From assembly GCA_040954595.2 (NCBI GenBank), contig CM082578.2:6991519-7055518 (forward strand): DNA of 64,000 nt, read 5' to 3'. Of the stretch, positions 9,763 to 19,862 are shown piece after piece (within the stretch, counting starts at the first letter, position 1; the number at the start of each line of letters is the position of its first letter). The notes under the pieces are model-generated. The model saw only the letters and a list, made by a program, of their open reading frames with translations, did no database searches and was not told where the DNA came from. This stretch comes from Balanoglossus misakiensis. Its lineage: Eukaryota > Animalia > Hemichordata. Both the position numbers and the translations under genes were made by a program.

Positions 9763-10655
9763 CGGAATTCTTTTTATTCTTACATAATGTTAAGAAATTC
9801 TCCCCGAGCACTTTGACTGTTTATCGTACCGCTATTGCAGCGACGATCAGAAGTGTCGGGGGTCCTGATTTTAGTCACAATGCAGCTTTATCTGCAATGC
9901 TCAAGAATTTCAAGATTGAGAGACCCCCGTCGAGGCGGTTGGTCCCTCAATGGAGTTTGTCCTTGGTTCTAAGCGGGTTACAACAACCTCCTTTTGAACC
10001 ATTAGCTTCTATCAGTTTAAAGGCACTTACCCTTAAAACTGTCTTTCTTGTAGCGTTGGCATCTGGCAGTCGCAGAAGCGAGATTCATGCTTTTGGTGCC
10101 ACTGATGGCTTGTTGACTATTAGTAAGACGGAGGCAGTCTTACGTACTAGGCCAGGTTTTTTGGCTAAGACCCAGGTGCTTGGTTCTGTAGCCACTCCTT
10201 TTTCCATTAAAGCTCTTGACTCCCTGACAGGGCCAGATCCACAAGAGCGTTTTTTATGTCCGGTACGTTGCCTTCGTTGGTACTTGAAACGAACCGAGTC
10301 CTTTCGTGCGGGTAGGACTAGACTTTTTCTACCTATTCCCCCCACTCCCAAAAAGGATATTTCAAAGTCCACCATTTCTAGTTGGCTCACTAAAACGGTT
10401 CGTTGGACTTATGATGAGAGTTCAGAAACTGACCGTCGCCTTACCAGAGTGACAGCCCATGAGGTTAGGGCTATCTCTGCTTCACTGGTGTATTCAGCTG
10501 GTGTTCCTGCTGACGATGTCCTTCGTGCAGGTACATGGCGCTCACCTAATTCCTTTGTCAGTTTTTATCTTCGGGATATGGCTTCAGAATCGGACGGTTT
10601 GTTTTCCCTTGGTCCGATTTCCGTTGGCCAGCAGGTTGTCATTCCTGGTAAATAA
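7758..10655 (+). CDS. DIRS ORF3 tyrosine recombinase with a long N-terminal extension overlapping pol
   Basis: The C-terminal ~350 aa carry an integrase-type N-terminal helical region (STLATYEDKWTKFCDWC) and catalytic motifs R (SRRSEI), LCPVRCL, H-x-x-R (AHEVR), W and Y (FVSFY). Same frame as gag. Confidence 0.93.
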   Translation: MAESDRRPMGVVSRSKRVQTRVSDRSSIILGPTAFCQSGRATHVGNCRGSARAVIKKCGTDCKPVYRRTGILQPLVSRSQKDRGVAADSKSKTFKPVSPHRIFFNGNHSVHTGRGTTRRLDGFHRSQGRVLSYRDPRGFQKILPVFSKRNRLRIHGSSVRPSVSTSRVYQSSVRASRVSSSPICQNASVSRRLAATQSKKRRTREACLPSLVQSPSPRPYSESGEVSPHPITRHGICWDETYDTRRNCLPYPRSSGQTFGCHQLNPVSHIYPGQAPVGSYRGDGVYVGYHSLGTPASSTNSAVLTGPLAAISTADRSHYSCTTGSPCPPMVVARHRESAERCSPTGTTAHPVSVHGCFNNRLGSASGRTDCIGQLVSRPTRASHQLVGTPSCVSGSQMFSAVGHQPACSGQFRQCYSGGLYKQNGGDQIPNPVLPDLGIVHVVQEPQYSPSSPSSARQTESRCRRAVTRPQGGPDGVGNSPRNSQSGFCEMGNSHGGLVCDVSEPQTASVCVASPRQQSSSRRRIVDVVEKPTAVRVPTTASLTTSLKENSGRGNNCDSNSTGLAEALMVPDATGLNDRSTSGVTSPRGSTVPGSSTDSSRPKRVQTSRVQVVEQSLIASGFSETAAATIARPQRASTLATYEDKWTKFCDWCDKRSVDPLTISVNQLAEFFLFLHNVKKFSPSTLTVYRTAIAATIRSVGGPDFSHNAALSAMLKNFKIERPPSRRLVPQWSLSLVLSGLQQPPFEPLASISLKALTLKTVFLVALASGSRRSEIHAFGATDGLLTISKTEAVLRTRPGFLAKTQVLGSVATPFSIKALDSLTGPDPQERFLCPVRCLRWYLKRTESFRAGRTRLFLPIPPTPKKDISKSTISSWLTKTVRWTYDESSETDRRLTRVTAHEVRAISASLVYSAGVPADDVLRAGTWRSPNSFVSFYLRDMASESDGLFSLGPISVGQQVVIPGK

Positions 10656-10699
10656 ATAATGGATTCCCCACCTCCGAAGGTCTGTCGGATTCTGTTATT

Positions 10700-10790
10700 T
10701 TCCCGAAAGTTTGGTGGGTAAGTATTCAATGTACAGAATTGAAGTTTATTTCTAAACTAATTTCTGTAACATTAGAATACTTACCCACCA
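10700..10790 (+). repeat. DIRS internal complementary region (ICR)
   Basis: 10700-10743 is the reverse complement of the left terminus and 10739-10790 is the reverse complement of the right terminus; the two halves overlap at TTGAA. Confidence 0.95.
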
Positions 10791-10810
10791 TTCCCACCCG
10801 CCTCCCCACT

Positions 10811-10998
10811 AGGTGTTGTCTGAATATTTATTGTACCTGGGGACGTATTGTTACTTACGGTCAAACCTGTGTTGGTGACCACCTGTACTCCCCACCAGGT
10901 ATTGTTCGGATATTTCATTTTACCTGGGGACGTATTATTACCATAGACAGTATGTCTATGTTATTACTTAACGGTCAAGCCTGTGTTGGTGACCACCT
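10811..10998 (+). repeat. Imperfect direct repeat pair in the DIRS 3' non-coding region
   Basis: tacctggggacgtatt at ~10834 and ~10921; acggtcaa(a/g)cctgtgttggtgaccacct at ~10857 and ~10971. Confidence 0.8.
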
Positions 10999-11297
10999 CT
11001 ATAGGAGTGATCTCCTCTATATTATGGTCACTTTGTTTTTTGTCTGCCTATGCAATTACATGTGCATTTATTGACTTGTCTATTTAGACCACCTGTCTGT
11101 TACGGCCAGTTTAGGAGATCCGTTGACAGACAGGACCCTATGGGCTATTTTGACTGTTAGTTTTTTGGTGGGTGTATTATTGTTTCTACGAACATATGGA
11201 TCACCGTTCTTGTTTGCTTTTGGCACCTGGCGGTTATCTGGGTTTTTTGTTTGTGGAATTATCATTCTCTAGCTGTCGTACTCTAAAGAGCGCATTC

Positions 11298-11475
11298 ATG
11301 CAGTCTCTGGCGGAGTATAAACTGAGGAGCTAGGGGGTCCTGTGACCCAGGTCACAGGATAGTCTAGGCTAAAAGTTCTAATCTTGCAATTAACGGAGCC
11401 TGAGGTATTAATTCCCGAAAGTTTGGTGGGTAAGTATTCTAATGTTACAGAAATTAGTTTAGAAATAAACTTCAA
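11298..11475 (-). repeat. DIRS right inverted terminal repeat with a 3' extension
   Basis: Reverse complement of the left ITR, plus a unique extension (aattagtttagaaataaacttcaa) that is mirrored in the ICR. Confidence 0.95.
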
Positions 11476-14400
11476 AACTGTTTTTATCATACTATCAATC
11501 AAAGATGCTTAATATTGTAGTAAAAGAGTAAAAATACTTTGTCTTTCAACTGCATCTTACTTAAAACTGGAAAAAATTATCTTGAAGTTGTGAAGTGACA
11601 AGGACGCCCGGTGCTCTAGACCCATGGTATCTTATCCATGGGGGACCCTGGCACACTGACTACCAGAAGGTATATCAGGGAAACTGCCAAGGGTTAAGAG
11701 GAAAGGGAAGTGTCCAGGATCCAGACGGGTTCAAGATACTTGCATTGCTGTATGCTTTTCCCCAAACAAATAAACTTTGTCTCAAGTTGTATTAGGAAGA
11801 TTCTTGGCGAGGATTATGTGAGCTTAGCAAACATTCAGACCGCACTGAGTATTCCAGCGATGTGAAACGGAGATACGCTCTGAAGTTATGAGGACGCAAA
11901 GAATTCCTCTCTCTCTCTCTCTCCCCTTCCCGGTAATGGGATACTGCAGTCGGAACGGTGACGATGACGTCAATAGCACAGCATGCTGGGTAGTTTCCAA
12001 GGCGCCCCCAAAGTATGACACCATTCTGAAAACATGCCAGTCATCAACAGACTCTTTAAAACATGTGTTGGAATGTCGGGTGGCCGGACGACTGCCGAGG
12101 AGGAGGATGGGGGAGGGAGGGGAGATCCAGAATGCACAAATGAAATGTTGGACGCTTTTGCGAGTCTATGCGCCCAGTACTAAAAGTCTCAGCTGTCGCT
12201 ATGACATATTGGTATAATCTTCTGGAGGCAAGGAACTGAAATGGCACCAACTTATTCTCGAACAAAAATCCCTCTAATTGTCACCTAAACTCGAAAACAA
12301 TTAAAAAACAAACAACTAGAAAGAAAAATCAATGTGAATCAGGACCAGAGATCAAACCACCAGGTCGGAGGTCAGAGAGACCAGTGAGCAGACTGGACTC
12401 CTGACATAGCAATAACCGTGTAGAGTTACCGAACAACAAACGAATAGAATCATGGATTACAATCTCCCGAAGTCTGGAGATGGTAGAATTTTACGATCAG
12501 CTTTTCTGATGATATGAAAGACTCTTTTTAATTAATTAATGTGGAAATGTGATCTTCAGACCCCTCACAAGATTGTATAAAAAATAGCAATACTCGAGAA
12601 GAATTTAAAAAAAATCTATATCTTTGCTGTTACAATCCAATATTGACAGAAGTCTGTGACAGATACTTTGTGTCTTCTCTGACCAGCCGCTCTTTCAAAT
12701 TATCTCTATATGTTTTAGTTCTAAAAAAAACACTGAACTCCATCTTAGTGTCGTCTCATTTTATTCAGAAGTATTTGGTGAGATTTTAACATGTGGTCCA
12801 TGTTGATGTACAACGAGAGTTCTTTTTACGACAGATAATAAAGAAAAAACATTTGTGAAGTACAATTTGAGACTTGATTTCTTGTCTTTGTCTTTCTTTA
12901 AGTCTGGTGGTGTATATATCCTTCTGAATCCGTGCTCTGTGAACCTGAAACTGCCTTCTGGACTCTTGTATCCGTTTGTCAAAACAAGGGCACAAAATCT
13001 TCAGCAGAGAGGAGAAAACAACATGACATAACGTTGGGATGCCGTGAATTCCATCTCAGATTCTGAATTGACATCGCCTCCATCTTAGTTCACATCCTGG
13101 CAACAGAGGACTTCAAGACGGCCCCCCACATCATGATTTTGCGGAGAAGAGTTCCGTCTCCAGTAAAGGCGGGAGTCTTGTGAATTTGTGGCAGAATTAT
13201 TCAACTATATCATGTTATAATGCTTCAAAGTGAGTTAGGTTAGGCGACCCACTTTCACATTTGTTTTTTTTCCCCAACAGTTCAACATGCATGAAATATT
13301 TTAAGTCAGCACATTTCAAGTCGAATTTAGATTTATGTGACGTCAAAGCAGCCATGAAGTTTTATTTTTAAATATCAGTTCCCACTCATATCCTGTGCTA
13401 TATTGCTATGACAGATCTGGCCACTGAGAGATGGTGAATTTTCTTTCTAATACAGATGAAAAAAAACAGAGTTCTTCAACCCAGAAACTGGCCAAGAGTT
13501 GGGAAGGATATCTCATTGAACCCTGGTTTGATTGACTGCTTGCCAATTCAAAGCTTCACGTGAAAATTCATTTTCAGTGAAAAGGTACAAAATTGACTGC
13601 CACTGCTGTACAAACAGTCTATACTGCAGTGAAGTTTATCATTTTGAGAACGCTATTTTTAGTAACCGGCTTGTGGGAAGTGACGCTGGCACTGGTAAAT
13701 GTCATTTATTTATAATTTTAATTTGCCTAATCATCGCTATGAGGCGGACATTTCATCATTGACACGACTTTAACTTTTATTGGTTGTGAAAGTGAAATTG
13801 AATGATATCACATGAAAGGATAAAATGCATAAAAATGGGGGTGTTAGAAAAGAAAATAGTGTGTATAACCTTTCCATTCACTGAGCACAGCAGGTCATAT
13901 GATTGATTTATTTTTAGATATTAGAATCTACAAAGAGCACTTAGTCTAATGAATTATTATAATCACAAAAGTTGAAAGTATCACTATTATTGAACTAGAA
14001 TATTATTCACTTAATATTTTCTATATTAACTGGATGGCTAAATCATTGACTTTGTGACAGGAAAAGCAGCTATAGTTGCCAATGGTTTCTTAATATATTA
14101 TTTGTTCTGTAAATTATCAAAAGCCGTTACTAAAAATGGTCTGTTAATTGAGTTAGGCCTTTTAAAAACAGAACTTGTCTTCCTTGTCATCGAAAACTGT
14201 GTACGTCTATTTTGAATGTATGTACACAGTTTGTGATGACAAGTCAAGTATTGTTGGGTGGTTGTCTTCTGTTGATGGCCAGAATTTTACATTGGACATG
14301 TTATCAACTAAAGAATTTAATTAACAGAGCTGTGTTATGAGTATACCATTAACAAGTTGTGTGTTGGATATGTAAAGGGATAAAGGAGCAAACTGTAGTT

Positions 14401-17400
14401 TATGAAAAACACCAAACAGGTTCACGTGTGTGTGGAATCGATAAGAAATCGCCCGCAGTCTTCAATACATTCACATTGATTTGAAGACTTGTGGTCGTCT
14501 TCTCAGGTAGTACACATTTCACGGGAGAATATTATCTTCAAGACGACAGAATAACACCTCAGTGGCAGCACATATGAGGTCTGAACTGTGACAATTTCAT
14601 AACAGACTCAATCCGAATTCTACCAGGTTACATGTAAATGTTGTCCCCTTGCCACTGGCCAAGGTGATGTATGACTCAGGAGAATGTGATCGGTAACACT
14701 AAAAAACATCCTCGCGAGCCAGAGCAACGATGATGTTCAAAAAATGAACTAGTTCACGGTCATTGGGGAGGTGAGAGACTTGATCGTGTGAATGGGAATT
14801 ATGCCAGCCAAGCTTGCTTATGGCAATGTTATACCGTTACACTGAAAATGAGAAGATGGCCTGTCATGGTGTTGTACGTAGCTCAAGACAAATTAATTCC
14901 CCGATACGTCTCCAGATATTGTCTGATATGCTAATCTGTAGTAATCTCAGAAAGTGTTACCACCCAGATCCTATGGCACACCAGAAATGACAATCACCTG
15001 GTTATCTGGCGAATTTTAATCTGCAAAATGGCACAATGTCGAAATAGCAAATAAGGGGCAATCTGTTTGATATTGTAGGGGGGGGGGGGCTGGGAATCGG
15101 GCAGCTAGTGGCATAAACTTTTTGACTATTAATTGTGGCATTTCTTTTTTTTGTGGGGGGGGGGGGGTGAAGTGTGTGACAGGAAAATCTTCCACAAATT
15201 AGTTTGGGAGACAAAATGGTTAAAATTGACACAAAATTGGAGGAATATATCGGGGAACAAAAGTATATCAGCGCATTTTAATGACAGCCGCCAGCTTCTG
15301 ATGTTTTGGTCAAAATTTGAACTTGTGAACTAAAGAGAATCAATTTTATGAGTGCATGTGTATCGACTGGAACAGCGAATACTGAGAACTGAAAAGAAGG
15401 CGGTCAAAGGCATTGACTGTGAAAGTTTTATCAATTTGTTGAACACTGCTTGCATGAAAGACATTTAACGTGTGTAATTATGTCACACTCAAAAATACAA
15501 ATTTTGATCAAATGGGAGCACAGTGTCCTTGGCGCTATTTTTTCACAATGTGGCTGAGATTTTGCATGTATTTTCCTGGACATCTGAAGATTCCATAGCC
15601 ATGCATACAACCCTAAAATGTGTTGTACTTTCAACTGTAATAATGGCAGAAAAACTGGGACCAAAAGTCAGATCAGCAGACCGAGAGACAATTCAATGGA
15701 GATGGTACACCTTATTCGCATGTGGTCATGCTCTAAAATGACAAAACTGTGGAAATTTTCAGATTTAAGTCTTGTGAGGACAAAATTCGAACTACGAACA
15801 TGAGAATTGCTGTAAAGATGACAGCATATAGCAATACTGTGTTATTTTACTGATTTTTAAATTTTAGATCTCACCACTTTCTCGCGAATTGTATAGGATC
15901 CCCAAATATAAACCTCATTTGTCTCTCGGTATAATGTCAAACTCATTCACCCCTAAATCTGAATTGTCTGTAAACGCATGAAATATACCAAGAAACAGGT
16001 CCAGGTACACCAGCCATTTTGTGTGGATGCAGATGGGCACGTGGTATGCCATTAAATTGGGCGTGGAATGTCTGCCCTCCAGGGAATACTCATACATGTA
16101 TTGCAGTCTTACACATGAATGGAACAGTAACTGTCATCGTGTCCTGTAAACAAGTAATTTGTCATCATACTTTGTGGAATTGACCCTATGCTAGGTGAAT
16201 ACTAAACATGCCATTGCCTGCATTAAAATTATGTCTCTGTCTTGTGATGGCTCAACATGCATCTCTGTCTGTCTGTCTGTCTGTCTCTGTTTGTCACTGT
16301 CTCAGAACACCTCGAAAAGCCATATCATTAATATTTTAACTGATAACTATACATTCACCTATATCAAAATTATTAAATTGAATGTGTGTTATATTTTCAA
16401 TATGATACATTTATATTTTCAATATGATACATTTAGTACACATTAACAATTTTGAAATAAAAAAACACACAATAGCATAATTGTAAATAATTGTTTGAAA
16501 TTTGAAGATGCACATTAATGATATGAATGCTACATCGCCAAATTTCGTTTCAGCTATAAATCATTCAATTAAGTTGCTGATTCCTTATTAAGATATCTAT
16601 ATCCTAGTAATTACATCAATTAAAGAAATGCCGGGATCAAAGTAAATACAACTTATGTAACAGTATTATAAACTCAAGAATTATAAAGCAGGAGGAAGTC
16701 CTGAAAAGATTATCAAGGTTACACTGTCACTTTTAGTATTTGTATGACGGGGACCAGAAACTTTAACTTGACATTTTATTCACTGGTCACATATATATTG
16801 AACTTTATGGGGGGATGGGGAATTTTGTCAGTTTGAGACAAGATGCTATACTTTCCAGCCTGTATGAAGGAAACACGTTTTACCATCCCACCCAATTTCT
16901 CGGAATGTGATGTGCCTTTACTTGTACCTCTGAAAAACAACCACGGGACTGTACCAATTAAGGCTTAGGTGTATATAGACAGGGTCAATGTACGGTGCAG
17001 TTGTGGCATGGGATCCAATTTCTCAGCTACTGTGAATTCCATTGCCAAGCACCAGGCTTATATACCCATCATAAAATTTCATTCGCCCTGTAAATTCCCT
17101 GAAGGTTAAATGGAGTTCAGTGCCCTGAAATTGGGTATAGACCATAAAAAACTAGGCCTGATCAATAGGCCTAAAGCATTGGGGATTTCAAGTTCAATAT
17201 CTGGTTATTGAACTTTGTCAAACTCTACATATCAAGTTCCTCAGCCCATTTCAACATGTGTTACCCACAGATCTATAACCATCACAGATATCAATTTATT
17301 TTCCTTATCTGTCCAGACCTACCATGTTTTTAAACAGGCCATTTCACACCAAATGCACTTACTCACTCATCAAGAAGTTTCACTATCATGCTACTTTTAA

Positions 17401-19353
17401 TCAGTTAATTAGCTTATTATTAATCTTGTGATGAATTAAAAATCCCTCCCCTGAGTAAAATCTACAGATAACATTTTGTTTTGTCTTGTACTTAAAAATT
17501 CTTTTAATTGCCATTATAATTAATTGCTATTCCGGATATACTTATCCATATTTTCCAATTAATATGTTTTCCTTGCATATTGCCTTTCTGTGTTACCTTC
17601 CATACCATAATTTAAAACAGGAAACAATAATTATGACGCAGTGTTCAGTATTGTACACTCCCAGTTTTTTAATACTGTCAAACACTTCCACATCCCAGTT
17701 TTGTTTATTGCAGCTATTTCAATCATCAAATTCAAATTTTAGCTACGACTTGACACCACGGAAATACAAATTTTTAGGGCAGGAATTTAAACCACATCCT
17801 TGGTGAAGTCAACATGTCGTTTTAACACCAGGGCGATAAGGTTACTCAGATCGCACACGATCAGTAGTTGTCCAGCTCAGTGCAACATACCATCTATAGA
17901 CGTTACAAGCCATAGACTCATATGTGCCGATACTGTTTTTTATTAGTCGGTTGTCCATGCAAGGAATTAGCTGTCCCTCAGAGAGCAGGCAACGGAAGAC
18001 AACATGAAATCACCATCAACATTCTATACACATTGTTGTTGCTGTCCACCTCTCTCTCTCATCTCTAGTAGTAATCTGCGTATGATTATTTTCAACATAG
18101 CCACCATCCAGTTAATATTTGGTAATTATTTTGGCACACAATTAAAAATAATAAACAAAGAATTTAATGATTCCAGATCTTCGATGTTGTTGTAACACAC
18201 TGGTAATACACAGCTTGTCTTTAGTATTCCAATTCACGGGTATCTGAATGTCTGGTATTTTAAGTAACCGCATATCTCAAGACTCTCTCTCTCACTCTCT
18301 GCTTTACTTGCAGACATCTTAGGCAGATTTTTTTTTCTGAGCTCATGCAGTGGCTAACAGTGGCCAGTCCTTTAGCATAGTGTCAAACGCACTCACATAA
18401 CACAACAGCGCGGCTGTTTGCATATCCGCCCACCTAGTACGATGACATCACCGGTTGCCAGGGCAACCAAATGGCCTGATGGAGTAATTGGATGGGTTTC
18501 ATCTTCTTCACTGATAAAAATTCGTGGAAATGAGACGCTTTGACAGCATTGCAGTACTAGTATTTCTCCTAGCACTGCTTCCTGTTGGCGAGAAAATATA
18601 TGAGATTTTTTTTATTTCAAAATAATCACACTGCATGTATCAGTGGTTTTGATTAAAGAAAAATAGTAGTATAAAAGAATCAAAGTCTGAGATTATTTTA
18701 GTGAAGGAATGGCATTTTTCTAATTTTTCATTTAATTCACCAAAAACTATTTTGTAAATATATACTAAGCCTTAATATTTGTGTGTATATTTTTCACAGT
18801 AGCAATTTAAAAAAATCTATATGTTTCCCTACAGTGAGAGCATCAATTTCCAGTAGATTTCATAATTTATTTTATTTTATATTATTTTATTTTAAAAATT
18901 GCTATTTCTTAAAAATCTTCAAAACTTATTACAACTTCTTCGAGTCATGATTGTTTAGATATGATCATTGGTATTTTTTATAAGAATGAGAATTATTTAC
19001 AAATATATGCAGACATGGTAATATATTTTATGAAAATCTCAGAATATAGGTATATGATTCGTAAGAGTTTAGTTAGTAATTTTACACTCTTGGTGTTTGT
19101 GTTCGTCTTTCCAGATTGTAGATATTGTCTGTGTATATTCAAATTTCTGTGTGTCATGGCTAGGTACTAGTTCAGAATTCCCCAAACTGTTGTTTCTTGT
19201 TGTTAAATTTAAGAAGGCTGTCTGACCTTAAGGTCATCACAGCCATCAACAACATGTCCCCTCGGAATAATTTGATGCAAAATCGTTGGCTTTGTAGTCA
19301 TTTTTAAATTTGTTTATCCATCAACCAACGGGCGAACATAGCCCATTAACAGG

Positions 19354-19425
19354 ATGGGGTACCCACCTCTTCTGGGTATTAGGGAAGCAATGAGAAGTAA
19401 AGTCCCCTGCTTAAGGGCACAACAT
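19354..19425 (-). repeat. Degraded SINE-like fragment
   Basis: aagtcccctgcttaagggcacaac resembles the reverse complement of the gttgtgcccttgagcaaggcact core seen in tRNA-derived SINEs. Short and diverged. Confidence 0.3.
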
Positions 19426-19775
19426 CGCGTCCATGAAGTCACTATATACTCAGATAGAAAATCTAAGGCCATTGTCAGTGTTAGTATAAAGTGCTGTTTA
19501 TGTATACTTATGAAATATGATCATTTTCAGCGCCCATAGCCTACAGTGTTTTTATCACACGATTGGAAAAGTTTGTTGATACAGCTGGGAGTTTTTTTTC
19601 TGCGTTTTAATGATACGACCAACGGACAAGACTTTTGTTGTTTCAATCAGCCTAAAATGTGCGTTTGATCTTATATTTTAGCTAAACAACGCCCTCTATG
19701 GTCATACTGAGTGTGGCTTATGATACCAATGATCTCAAAATCAACCCCACCGGAGTGGGGGTGGGTTGGGTGTTT

Positions 19776-19780
<5 letters not shown>

Positions 19781-19860
<80 letters not shown>
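19781..19860. repeat. (CA)40 microsatellite
   Basis: Pure CA dinucleotide run. Confidence 0.98.

Positions 19861-19862
<2 letters not shown>

Larger units (their letters stand above)
4739..11475 (+). mobile_element. Full-length DIRS1-like tyrosine-recombinase retrotransposon
   Basis: Non-identical inverted termini, an ICR matching both ends, three long uninterrupted ORFs (gag, RT/RH/MT, YR), and TTCAA at both junctions. Confidence 0.97.
4367..11564. mobile_element. Possible old TTAA-flanked non-autonomous DNA transposon (Kolobok-like MITE, ~460 bp) interrupted by the DIRS element
   Basis: TTAA-tgtaaattgcag at 4367 and ctgcatcttac-TTAA ending at 11564 form degenerate inverted ends that bracket the DIRS insertion. 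Confidence 0.3.

Noticed and set aside
10811-11100. CRISPR-like repeat-spacer look in the DIRS 3' region
   Set aside because: Only two imperfect copies with irregular spacing, no cas genes, and a eukaryotic retroelement context.
10739-11502. Two ORFs sharing KFISKLISVTLEYLPT
   Set aside because: Artefact of ICR/ITR complementarity, not a duplicated gene.
12761-12995. Lys-rich minus-strand ORF (FTEHGFRRIYTPPDLKKDKDKK)
   Set aside because: Looks protein-like, but I recognise no family and see no supporting exon chain. BLASTX would settle it.
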